Assembly (NCBI GenBank): GCA_030390025.1
Contig: CM059432.1
Span: 43,650,001-43,714,000 of the forward strand
Direction of reading: 5' to 3'
DNA: 64,000 nucleotides
DNA from: Squalus acanthias
Taxonomy: Eukaryota
Below the pieces are notes generated by a model. That model was not told the DNA's origin. It did not search any database and was given only the letters and a program-made list of their open reading frames with translations. This document shows, piece by piece, positions 1 through 11,575 of the stretch (positions are counted from its first letter, which is position 1; the number at the start of each line of letters is the position of its first letter). Made by a program: the position numbers and the translations under genes.

Positions 1-46
1 TTCAGTTGGTCTTGCTATTTTGTTTGACCTTTTTCTCAGAGATGCA

Positions 47-527
47 GGCCTTGATTTTAACCCCCATCAGGCGGGAGAGGGTCGGTTAAAATATCGGGAT
101 CGAGCAACCCAACCACAACCCGACTGCCGTAATATTTAACAGAAGCAATTTTAGGTTTCCACTAAAAGCAGGCAGAGGCCTACTTAACATGCAAAAGTCA
201 CAGCCTGATGATATAATCGGCTCCACAACTTATTTTTAACCTCACCACAGTGGGAGTCCCGCAGCAGACACACAGCGAGAGGAAGTGACTGGCCATAAGA
301 GGCCCAGTTACGTTTTACAACTTTGCCTGTTTTTAAGCTCCTGGTGGCTCAGGAGGAGCAGGAGTGCTCCCCCAGGTCACACAAGGCCTCTCCAGCCCCG
401 ATCTTTCAGGCTCCCCCCTCCCCTCCCCGCCTTCCCACCTTACTGACTGCCGAGGACCGTTCCCACGGGTTCTTCGCCCACTGCTGGGCTCACGCACCCT
501 TCCCATCTCCCTGTTAATATCGGGGCC
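47..527. mobile_element. Non-autonomous Harbinger-like element (MITE)
   Basis: Imperfect TIR GGCCTTGATTTTAAC / GTTAATATCGGGGCC (12/15); flanks GCA/ACA resemble a decayed 3-bp TSD; no coding capacity. Confidence 0.55.
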
Positions 528-2189
528 ACACTTTATTGATACGTCCATTAAAGCAGTCCTGAAGATTCCATCATTTTGTTTTATTTTTGAGTCCTGGTAC
601 CCTCTCAATTCCTTCCTCCCCAAAATTACTCAATAGCTTTAATGTTTAGCTGTTCAGTGGAAGTGAAATTTTAGCTATGCAAAGTTTTTGCACAGAGGCT
701 TGTTTTGTTTTGTTCTGATATCTCTATTAGTTCCAGATTTTCTCCAATTAGTGTTTTTTTTCCCCATATACTGTACCTTATATACTTTTTTGCTACAGCA
801 TTAAGAACATATGTAGGTCTATGTTTTTTTTTAAAAACCCTCTCTGACACTGATTGTTTTTGTAAATGGTATCATTCATATTTTCCCTGATGTCTCTAAT
901 GCAGTGAGTTGGACTTTTCTACAACATTAAACTCATTGCAAAACCATTCATCCAAACAAGTTTATTTGCAGAATTTACCCATCGTTAGCAATTGCCAACC
1001 TATAATCCCTTCCCCAAAAAGGTGATTAGGTTTATTCAGTTTCTACGGCTGCAGGAATCATTCTTGATTAAAATCAAGTCCATCGCTTCTCAGAATTTTG
1101 CAAGTTTAAGCTTTGAAAGCATTTGCTGTGCAGTCTGGATGGGAAATTACTCAACGGTCACTATGGCCGGAATTTTCCGGGGTGGTAGCGGGCACGATCG
1201 GAGGCGGGTCAGGTGGGAAAGTTGTTATTTTTGGGAGTGGGTCGGGAACCCGCCGTCATCCTGCTCCCACGTGCCTTTCCCCCAGGTGCGTCTGTCAGCG
1301 TGGACCCAACCCGACCGGCAGAGGCGGGCGACCCAATTTAAAGTATTAGTAGCTTGTTGGCAGACCCTTAAGAGTGGTTTTAACCTTACCTTTTAAATTT
1401 AACTGGATGGCCACGGGAAACATGCTGCTCGGGAACCACGTCTGTCAACCTGAGGCTGGAGTTCAGTGGCCATTGCTCCAGCTGATTCGTTGACAGCATC
1501 AAATGTATTATAAAAGCTCCCGCCTGACAGATGATCACTTTCCTCAGCAGAAGCTGTTTCTCACTGCATTCCCAGCACAGATTCTGCAGGCTGCAGTCTT
1601 TCTAGCAAAGTCTCCATCCAGTGTCACCTCATTGGAAGAACCTCTCTCACCATTGACAGATTGCTTCCGTCATCTCTACTTCACCTGCATCTATTCCATC
1701 AGCATGAATGCCGTTTATACTGTCTCACCTTGTTCCTCAGAATCTGACCATGATGAGTGCCAACACCAGCAGCACCAACAACAACACCACCAACCTTCTC
1801 CGCAACCACCTGATGCTGCACAGGACAGAGGGCATCAGCACCCAAGCACATTGCTGCCTGGGAGGCCAGGGATGGCCTCATCATGGCCAGATTTACTTCA
1901 CTTGATGCTGTACACCCATATGGCTGCCACATGATGCGCCAGGTTGGCACCATCCCAAAGCAACACCATAAAGTATCCCTGCAATGACCAAGCCATTCCT
2001 TTCACACTAATCACCATTGCGGGGGGTACCGTTATGTCTCACCATTCACTGCAACTCACTAAGCCACTTCCAAAGGTGCACACAAATCTGTCCAAGACCG
2101 GAAAGTGTTGAAAATAAAGATTTTTATGTTTGACAGCACATTAACAGAAACTTTACATAAACATTGGATAAAACACCCAAGTGGCTTCC

Positions 2190-3890
2190 CTTGTGAATCT
2201 GCTTGTGTGTCATCTTTCTCTTCTGCGTGCTTCTACGAAGTGTTACCCCTATGGCTTCAGCAGAGGTAGAGGCAGCCTGCCCACTTCCCTGCTGCCAAGA
2301 GCTGGAGAGCACCTTGCTGCACATCAGTGGGGCCATGAGGACCCACGTCTACACTGACATCACTCCTAGAGAGGAGGTGTATGAGCCTCTGCCATCTATC
2401 CTCCATACATAGCCATCTATCCTCCATACAGAGCCATCTATCCTCCATACATAGCCATCTATCCTCCATAGATAGCATATGCTCCTGTGAGTGGCGCATT
2501 AGCTGCTCCATGTAGATGGCCATCCTATCCATCGAGGAGCCTACAGTTGCCATCGCTTGCGACATGGTGGTGCTCATGTTGGAGTTGGACTCCTCCATTC
2601 TCTGAACATTTGCAGACATCGCTCTCGCAAAACCTGTCAGAGCCTCCTGCACTTCTTCCTGCACCTCCAGGATCGCCCTCTTTTTGGATGGCCCCTGAGG
2701 CTCAGCAACTGCATGCAGCTGAGCAGAGCTGGGAGTGTCCTGTGCCCTCCGGTGAGGAGTCTCTACTGCTGTCCCTGTCACCACCATCTGCTCTTGCTCA
2801 CTTGTGACTTGTGACACACCAGGTGACAACACTACTCTATCTCGCGTGGCACCCATCGAAGTGTGTGTATCTGCGCTGGTGCTGGGTGCACTATGTCTGG
2901 TGACAGTGCACCCTCAGAGGCTGAAGGCTCCTCTGCGGAGTCATCTTGCTCTTCCTCCTGGACAGTCTGGGGGGGGCGGGGTGCTCTTGATGGACCTGTG
3001 GGAGAGTAAAGAGATGAGTTAGATATGTCATATCATAGGTACAGATACCATTATGCACATGATGGCCATTCACTGGCTGCTGACATCAGTCCCCATATGA
3101 GTGACTGCTGTATGCCATGTAGCTGTATGATTTATTTAATTCTGTCACCAGGTTGCTGAGATGTCGCCCTCTCTCCGTCTCCCACCTCCAGCTGCTCGGC
3201 GACTCCAGATACTTCTAAAGCAGCCCCTCTGCTGTTGTAAGGTTTGCAAATGATGAAGGGCCACCGTCGGTTCTCCCCCTCTCCCTCTTATTTTGGGCTC
3301 TCTTTTCTGCAAGGAGGGAAAGAAGAGAAGGTTGAGTGAGAGTGATGGAATGAGTGTAAGGAATGGATGGGTTACATATTTAGAGGGTGACTATGATGGA
3401 GTGGGGTGCCAAAGCCAAGTGGCCTCCTTGTGTGTTGTTAGTTGGTATGATTGCACTATGATGAGGACGAGTATGAAGGGTGGTTAGTGAGATGGGGATG
3501 TGATAATGTAGATAAAGAGAGAGGGATGGGTGGACGTGCAAGGTATGTTGGTGTAAGTAAGGATGTGCAGGAGTAGGGTTGGGAAGTCAAAGTGGCAGGG
3601 ATGTGATGAGAGGTGCAGCAGGATGAAGGTGAGTGTGGCTTTGTAATCACGTTTCCTGATCTAATGAGATAATTGAAACATTTGTGGCACTGCACCCAGG
3701 TCCTCCTGAACACATCCCTGCTGGTGACCTCCTCTGCAATCTCCAACCAGGCTGTTTTGGTGTCCTGGAGAAGTCTCTTCCATCCATTGGAAGCGAAGAG
3801 GATCTCCCTGCATGCTCTGACTCCCTCCATAAGCATATGGAGGGAGTCATCGGAGAACCTGAGTGCAGCCCTCTGCCTCTGTGCAGTCAT
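2190..3890 (-). pseudogene. Harbinger Myb/SANT-like (NAIF1/Myb_DNA-bind_5-type) DNA-binding protein gene, three exons, frameshifted
   Basis: Exon 1 3890-3651 (MTAQRQRAALRFSDDSLHMLMEGV...AWLEIAEEV...RTWVQCHKCFNYL); exon 2 ~3306-3149; exon 3 from 2995 with coiled-coil heptads. GT/AG boundaries are visible. The 3' end is approximate. Confidence 0.75.
2391..2474. repeat. 21-bp tandem repeat x4 (GCCATCTATCCTCCATACATA)
   Basis: Units start at 2391, 2412, 2433 and 2454; reads as (MEDRWLC)n on the minus strand in ORF 2257..2856. Confidence 0.95.
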
Positions 3891-4380
3891 TGTCAGTGTT
3901 TGCAGCACTCCAATGCTGTAGTGCACTGACAGCACTATGCTACATTGACATTCAAATCTAATGTGACCATGGCCCCTTTAAAGATGCTAGCTGAAAATGC
4001 GTCATCGATGACGTCACCAAACCCGCACCATTTAATTGGGCTGGGTAACGCGCGGGATGGGCTTAATAGGCCCTATTAATGGAAAGTTGTTTTCAGCAGT
4101 GGGATGGAGCCAGCAGCGGGGTCGCGACCCACCATGGCCACTGCCAGCACCAGACCCACCCAGGTAGGCAAAATTCCAGCCTATATCAAAATAACAGCTC
4201 CCAAGCTAGGTTAAAAGCAGTGAAACATTCGCCTCTCAACTACAATGTATAGAGCTCTAAGGGGTAGAATGGGACCTTGTTGCACAATGAGGACCAGTTT
4301 TGGGAAGCAGCACCATGCCTGATCAGCACCAGGGTGATTCAAAGGAATTAAGGTGAGTAGTTTTGACATCAGAATGAATA

Positions 4381-7300
4381 TAACAACAACAACATATATT
4401 TATATAGTGCCTTTAATGTAGTAAAACATCCCAAGGCGTTTCACAGGAGCATTATAAAACAAAATTTGACACCAAGCCACCTAAGGGGATATTAGGACAG
4501 ATGTCCAAAAGCTTGGTCAAAGAGATAGGTTTTAAGGAGTGTCTTAAAGGAGGAAAGAGAGGTAGAGAGGCGGCGAGGCTGTGGGAGGGAATTCCAGAGC
4601 TTAGGGTCTTGGCAGCTGAAGGCACGGCCACCTATGATGGAGCGATTAAAATCGGGGATGCTCAAGAGGCCAGAATTGGAGGAGTGCAGATATCTCGGAG
4701 GGTTATAGAACTGGAGGTGATTATAGAGATAGGGAGGGGCAAGGCCATGGGTGGATTTGAAAACAAGGATGACAATTTTAAAATCGAGGCATTGCTTAAC
4801 TGGGAGACAAAGTAGGTCAGCGAGCACAGGGGTGGTGGGTGAACAGGACTTGGTGCGAGTTAGGAAACGGGCAGCAGAATTTTGGATGACCTCAAGTTTT
4901 CGGAGGGTAGAACATGAGAGGCCGGTCAGGAGTGTGTTGGAATAGTCAAGTCTAGAGGTAACAAAGGCATGGATGAGGGTTTCAGCAGCAGATGAGCTGA
5001 GACCTGGCGGAGTCGGACGGTGTAACGGAGGTGGAATTAGGCGATCTTAGTGATGGTGCGAATATGTGGTCGGAAGTTCATCATAGGGTCAAATATGAAC
5101 AGTCTCGTTCAGCCTCAGACAGTTGACCGGGAGAGGGATGGCTAGGGAATGGGGTTTGTGGCAGGGAGCAAAGACAATAGCTTCGGTCTTCCCAATATTT
5201 AGTTGGAGTAGATTTCTACTCATCCTGTACTGGATGTCGGACAAGCAGTCTGACAATTTAGAGACAGTGGAGGGGTCGAGAGAGATGGTGGTGAGGTAGA
5301 GCTGGGTGTCATCAGCGTACATGTGGAAACTGAGGCTGTGTTTTCGGATGATATCGCTGAGGGGCAGCATGTAGATGAGAAATAGGAGGGGCCCAAGGAT
5401 TGATCCTTGGGGGACACCAGTTGTAATGGTGTGGGAGCGGGAAGAGAAACTATTGCAGGTGATTTTTTTGGCTACGATAGGCTACATACGAATGGAACCA
5501 GGCGAGTGCAGTCCCACCCATCTGGACAACGGTGGAGTGCTGTGGAGAAGGATGGTGTGGTCAACCGTGTCAAAGGATGCAGACAGATCGAGAAGGATGA
5601 GGAGGAATAGTTTACCTTTGTCACAGTAACATAGGATGCCATTTGTGACTTTGATATGAGCCGTTTTGGTACTGTGGCAGGGGTGGAAACTTAATTGGAG
5701 GGATTCAAACATGGAGTTCCGGGAAAGATGGGATTGGATTTGGGAGGCCATAGCTTGTTCAAGGTCTTTGGTGAGTAAAGGGAGGTGGGAGATGGGGTGG
5801 TAGTTTACAAGGTCGGAGGATTCAAGGGTTGATTTTTTTGAGGAGAGGTGTGATGACGGCAGATTTGAAGAAGAGGGGATAGTACCAGAGGAGAGAGAAC
5901 TATGAGCAATATCAGCTAACATGGGAGCCAGGAAGGGAAGTTGGGTGGTCAGCAGTTTAGTGGGAATAGGGTCGAGGGAGCAGGAGGTGGGTTTCATGGA
6001 CAAGATGAGCTCGGAGAGGGCGTTACATAGGATTACCCAGGATATACGGCTCAGAAACAGGCCATTCAGCCCAACCAGTCCATGCCAGCGTTTATGCTCC
6101 ACTCGAGCCTCCTCCTGTCTTTCCTCATCTAACTCTATCAGCATAACCCTCTATTCCCTTCTCCCTCATATTCTTATCTAGCCTCCCCTTAAATGCAACT
6201 ATACTATTTGCCTCAACTACTCCTTGTGGTAGTGAGTTCCACATTCTCAGCTCTCTCTCGGTAAAGAAGTTTATTCTGAATTTCCTATTTGATTTTTTGG
6301 TGACTATCTTATATTAATGCCCATAGTTATGCTCTTCCCCACAAGTGGAAACACTCTCTCTGTATCTACTCTATCAAAACCTTTCATAATTTTATAGACC
6401 CCTATTAGGTTACCCCTCAGCCTTCTTTTATCAAGAGAAAAGAGACCCAACCTGATCATCCTTTCCTGATAGGTATAACCTCGCATTTCTGGTGTCATCC
6501 TTGTAAATCTCTGCACACTCTCCAGTGCCTCTATATCCTTTTTATTATATGGCGACCAGAATTGTACGCAGTACTCCAAGTGTGGTCTAACCAAGGTTCG
6601 ATACAAGTTTAGCATACTTCAGCAGTTTAGTGGGAATAGGGTCGAGGGAGCAGGAGGTGGGTTTCATGGACAAGATGAGCTCAGAGAAGGCGTTACATAG
6701 GATATACAGCTCAGAAACAGACCATTCAGCCCAAGCAGTTCATGCACTACTTTTCAATTCTATCCCTCTAGAAATAAACCCTAGTGCTTGTTTCTTTTTT
6801 ATGGTCTTGTTAACCTGTGTCGCTACTTTGGCATGAGGGGAAATAAGAGAGAAACTAGCGAAAGATTCAAGCTCAGGACTACGGCAGGCGGGAGGGAACC
6901 TTAGATGAAGCTTGGCCCGGTGGGCTAGGGGAAGGGAAGGAAGCGGCAGAGGCAGCTGATCAGATGGTCTCAATCTTAGTGATAAAGAAGTCCATGAGCT
7001 CCTCACACTTGTTTTCGGAGGTGAGGGTGGAGGAGACGGGGAGAGGGGTTTAAGAAGACGGTTTGCAGTAGAGAAAAGAAGCCAGGGGTTATCTTTGCCT
7101 TCCAGGATGATGCTGGAATAGTGAGGCGGCGAGAGCAGGACCCGATAATGCTTTATGTGATCCAGCCAGATCTGGCGGTGAATGGCTAAACCAATTGTCC
7201 GCCATATCCATTCAAGTCTGCGTCCCTTGGACTTAAGGGTGTAGAGATGAGGGCCGTACCGGGGGAATGGCCAGGGTGAGACAGAGTAATGGTTTTAATG

Positions 7301-8085
7301 AGGACTAGGGCATCAAAGGTGGAGGTGAGAGTCTGGTTGAGCAGATCAGTAGCTGCAGAAATGTCATGGTGAACGAGGGCCAAAGGCTAGACAGTTGGGA
7401 TTTTGAAAGTAAATTGGGAGAGAGTTTTTTTCCAGGGGCGGAACAGAAGGAAGTAAGGTTGGGAGGGGAAGGTGGATGTGGGTGGAGAGCGATATAAGGA
7501 AGTGATTAGAGATGGCCTTGTATCTGATTGACACGATAGGCGTCGCAAGGCCACGTGAGATGGCAAGGTCAAGGAGGTGGCTGTGAATATGGGTTGGGGA
7601 GTTTATTTGGAGGGGAGTTTATTTGGAGGGGAGTTTATATGGAGGGGGAGATTAAGGGAGAATAAGAGGGCAGTGAACTCAGAGGAGAGAGCGTATGATG
7701 AATTGAGATGGAGATTGAAATCACTGAGGATGAGAATTCGCTCGGTGCAGAGGCTGAGGGAGGAAAGCAGTAAAGATATCTCGGTGAGAACATTTTTATG
7801 GTACTTGGGTGGGTGGTAGAGAACGAAGGGAATGAGAGGTGAGAGGTGTGGAACAAGGTGAGATGCTCAAAGGAGGAGAATATGCCAGAGGAATAGGGGT
7901 GATTTGGTGATAAGAACCAAACCGCCACCATGACGGTCTGGGTGGGGCAAGTGGTGGAAGGTACAGCCAGGCAGGGAGGTTTCAATTAGGAGGAAGGTGT
8001 TTTCACCCCTCAACCCGGTTTCCATCAAGGCCATGATGTCGATGCAATCATCCACAGTAAGCTCATGGATAGCAAAGGCCTTGAA
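4381..8085 (-). mobile_element. L2-clade LINE, near full-length ORF2, degraded and interrupted by CR1
   Basis: (TTG)n 3' tail at ~4381; RT motifs FHMYADDTQLY and LDLSASFDTVDH; C-terminal LADL..LPVKQ..DFKI; APE-like fragment IDIMALMETGL...HGGGLVL at 7867-8085. Confidence 0.85.
6023..6830 (-). mobile_element. 5'-truncated CR1 LINE inserted in the L2, itself split by a duplicated junction fragment
   Basis: ORF 6304..6615 ([19 protein letters not shown]); CR1 3' UTR motif; CR1 coding sequence resumes at 6745-6830 (KQALGFISRGIE). Confidence 0.85.
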
Positions 8086-8109
8086 TATAAACCAATGAGC
8101 TTCCTTTGG

Positions 8110-8210
8110 ATTTTTTTTATTCATTCGTGGAATGTGGGTGTCGCTGGCAAGGCGAGCTTTTATTGCCCATCCCTAATTCCCTAATTGCCCTTGAGAAGAT
8201 GGTGGTGAAG
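8110..8210 (-). mobile_element. 3' end fragment of a third LINE family (same family as 41675-43592)
   Basis: Poly-T followed by TCATTCGTGG...GTCGCTGGCAAG...TTTATTGCCCATCCCTAATT, matching the 3' ends at ~41675, ~53890 and ~58367. Confidence 0.7.
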
Positions 8211-8579
8211 GTGGAGTGAAAGGTAGAAGAGGGAAATTGGAAGAAAATGAAGAGAGAAAAAGTTAAAATTTGAGTTTCAGTGCAAAATAAAAGATTGTGG
8301 GTAGAATGGAATGGACAGAGTTGAGAATTTGAGAGATACCACAAATGTTGAAGAAGTGTGAGTTTACCCAAGAAAAGGAAGAAGCAGATATGGTATATTT
8401 GGTTTGGTTGCCGTTATTGCCGCTGCACATTGAAAATCTTTAGGTTCTACTTTCATATTCTTCATGATGTTGAGAGAGAAAAAAAGCATGGATAAGAGTC
8501 TGTCACTGGTGTCATGGGGGTGGGGGTCGGCTTGGTCGGCTGGTAAATACTCCTATAGCCTACTACTAAAAGCTCTAAG

Positions 8580-8970
8580 CCAACAAAAATTGGTATTTTT
8601 ATGGCACCTTTAGCATAAAGAAATGTCCCAAGACACTTCACAAATGGGCATAAGGAAATAAACACTGAGTTTGGAAGGGAGATTAGGAGAGGTGTCAAAA
8701 GCTTGGTCAAGAGATGAGTGTGAGAAAGAGGTGAAGAGGTTTAGGGAGGGCATTCCAGAAATTCGAACCAAGGCAGCGAATGGCTCTGCCATCTATAGTG
8801 AAGCTAAAGGAGAGGAAGTATACAGAAGGCTGAAGGTAGAAGGGATGTAGAGCTGGAGGAAATTTCAGAACGAGCGTTGGGCAATGCCACGGACAAATTT
8901 ATAGATGCACTGGGGGACCAAGAGCCAATGTAGGTCAGTGAGAATGGTGTGATGGACATACAAGACTTAG
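8580..8970 (-). mobile_element. Old degraded L2 3' fragment (resumes at ~10713-10815)
   Basis: Diverged similarity to the L2 3' ends at 4381 and 21842. Confidence 0.6.
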
Positions 8971-10709
8971 GGCTGAATTCTGCTGGTGCTCAGAGGGCGG
9001 GTTTGGAGGCAGGTCCACTGTCAAAATGGCAGTGATTGACAGCGGGGCGGAAGTCCGCTCTGAACCCGCCTCCTTGTTAATTTTCCAAGTGCCGGCTCTG
9101 CCTGCGGTTTGCAGACCTGACACTAAGCAGCGTTGCAGGCAATTGAGATACTTAAGGAGCTGCTTAAAGGTATTTAAGCAGCATTTTACCAGGACCTAAC
9201 AATTTTTCCATGTTTTTTACGAGATTCCCAGCGCTCAGGGATCACGTCAGGTAAGTGTGTCGGGTTCTCAATGGCTTTCCATTGCTGTGAATAGTTGACA
9301 GCTGCAAAAGTGGTATAAAAGCTACCATTTCACAGCTGTTCAATTCCCAATCTTAGAAGCTGGAGCCTTCAGGATTTGGAATACACTTTTCAGCTTTATG
9401 GAGGTTTGAAGTGTTTGGAGCAAACTCTCTATCCAGTGTCACCTCCTTGGAGCAACCTCTCTCACCATTGACAGATGTCATCTCAACTTCACCTGCCATC
9501 TATTCCATCAGCATCGGTGCCCTTGAAAAAATCTCAGCTTGGTCCTCAGAATCGCAATACGATCAGCCCCAACACCAGCATCACCAGGCACACCAGCAGC
9601 ACTGACAACAACACCAACCTTCTCCACAATCAACAGATACAGGGCATCAGCTTGCTGCCCGGGAGGCAAGGGATGGCCTCACCATGGCCAGATTTACTTC
9701 ATTTGACGCTGTACACCCTGGCTGCCACATGATGCGCCAGGTTGGCACCACCCCACACCAACACTATAAAGCATCACTACAATGCACAAGCCATTCCTTT
9801 CACACTCATCACCATTGCGGGGGGTACCGTTATGTCTCACCATTCACTGCAACTCACTGAGCCACTTACAAAGGTGCACACAAATCTGTCCAAGTACGCA
9901 AAGTGTTGAAAATAAAGATTTCAATGTTTGACAACACATTCACAAAAACTTTACATGAACATTGGTGATAACACCCAACTGCCTACCCTTGTGTGTTGTT
10001 AATTGGTATGATTGGACAAGGATGAGTGTGAGTGTGAGGGGTGGCTAGTGAGATGGGGAAGTGATAATGTAGATAGAGAGGGATGGGTGGAGGTGCAAGG
10101 TAAGTTGGTGTGAGTAAGGATGTGCAGGAGTAGGGTAGGGAAGGCATAGTGATGTGGATGTGATGAGTGGCACAGCAGGATGAGGCTGAGTGTGGCTTTG
10201 CAGTAACGTTTCGTGATCTACTGAGATCATTGAAAGGTTTGCGCCACTGCAGCCTGGTCCTCCTGACGACATCCCTGCTTGTGCACTCCTGTGCAATGTG
10301 CAACCAGGCTGCGTTGGTCTCCTGGGGAGGTCTCTTCCGCCCATTGGAAGGGAAGAGAACCTCCCTGCGTGCTGTGACTCCCTCCATAAGCATATGGAGT
10401 GAGTAATGGGAGAGCCTGGGTGCAGACGTGCACCTCTGTGCAGTGATTGTCAGTGTTTGCAGCACCTCAATGCTGTAGAACCCTGACAGCACAAAATGAT
10501 TGTGGACATGGCCCTTTTAAGGAAACCGGCTGATGACGCATCATCAAATGACGTCATCAGACCCGCTTGCTATTAATTGGCCGGGAACCTTGCAGGGCGG
10601 GCTTAACGAGGCCCATCAACGGAAAATCATGTTGGAGGCCGGGATCGAGACAGATGCACTCCACAGACGTTGCCAGCCCCGGACCCGCCGAGGTTGGAAA
10701 AATCCAGCC
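8971..10709. mobile_element. Harbinger deletion derivative of the 1165-4181 family
   Basis: TIR GGCTGAATT / AAAATCCAGCC; TSD TAG at 8968-8970 and 10710-10712. 9420-9990 is colinear with 1610-2195 and 9990-10480 with 3426-3930. Only Myb exon 1 is kept. Confidence 0.85.
10205..10447 (-). pseudogene. Myb/SANT exon 1 remnant
   Basis: ORF 9983..10492 contains APRLSHYSLHMLMEGV...AWLHIAQEC...WRKPFNDLSRS; the start codon is mutated to ATC relative to the copy at 3890. Confidence 0.75.
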
Positions 10710-11081
10710 TAGGATGTGGGATTTAAAGCTCAGCTTCAACAGAATGTCTTTGGTTCAACCTGAAACCATGGCTGAGAAGGAGGATGGAATCAGCAGCAAA
10801 GGACTGGAATTTGTGCTACTTTCATGAGGTCACAGCCAGAAAAAACAGTGTTTCTGTATAATGAAAGCAGTTATTGCCTATTTGTGGACGATTTAGAAGG
10901 TATCGTGGTGACTTAACAACTCGTTAACTGCTTGGGAAGTGTGAATATGACCATCATTACAGATACACACTGATTAGTCGGTTTCTGCTGGGCAAGATTA
11001 TCAAATTCTTGAGGCACGAATCCAACAGAAGGAAAGCCAGATGCAATTTGATTGACAGGTGATACTCATGAATAGGAATAG

Positions 11082-11180
11082 AAACAGAGAATGCTGGAAA
11101 TACTCAGCAGGCCAGGCAGCATCTGTGGAGAGAGAAACAGAGTTAATGTTTCTGGTCAATGACCTTTCATCAGAACTGGC
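11082..11180 (-). mobile_element. Penelope-like element pseudo-LTR fragment with a degenerate hammerhead motif
   Basis: Minus strand reads AGTT-CTGATGA-AA-GGTC-ATT-GACC-A-GAAAC-ATT-AACT at 11177-11141, followed by a pLTR-like tail. Confidence 0.6.
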
Positions 11181-11575
11181 AAGGGTGAACAGGAATGAAC
11201 TGGAATGGGTGAACTTCAATAATTATTTCCAGAGCAGGAATGTTGTACTTCTGAGAAGGCAATGGATGCCACATAAGCACAGCTGATATATCATAATCTA
11301 CAACTGGAAGGATTAAAACTTTTTTTGTCAAAAGTTTTTTTTATCCCATGGCCATAACATTTTCTGAATACATTGAAGCCAGGACTGCTTAAAGCCAAGA
11401 AATGTTGCGAATCATTTTACTTCCCAACTCCAGTGGCAATCAGAAAAAAACATATTCATGTTTTCTTTCTTTCAGTTAGTTGAAAATGGTTTTATTTATA
11501 GTCATCGAGTTATACAGCACAGAAAGAGGCCCTTCGGCCCATCGTGTCCGCGCCGGCCATCAAGCCCTATCAATT

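Larger units (their letters stand above)
1165..4181. mobile_element. PIF/Harbinger DNA transposon with transposase core deleted and Myb/SANT gene retained
   Basis: TIR GGCCGGAATTTT / AAAATTCCAGCC; TSD TAT at 1162-1164 and 4182-4184. Left arm has only a Q-rich stretch joined to a transposase-like C-terminus (AWEARDGLIMARF, ~1857-1895). Right arm has a Myb/SANT gene on the minus strand. Confidence 0.85.

Noticed and set aside
7597..7645. 16-bp tandem repeat GGGAGTTTATTTGGAG x3
   Set aside because: Local slippage inside a dead L2; no sign of function.
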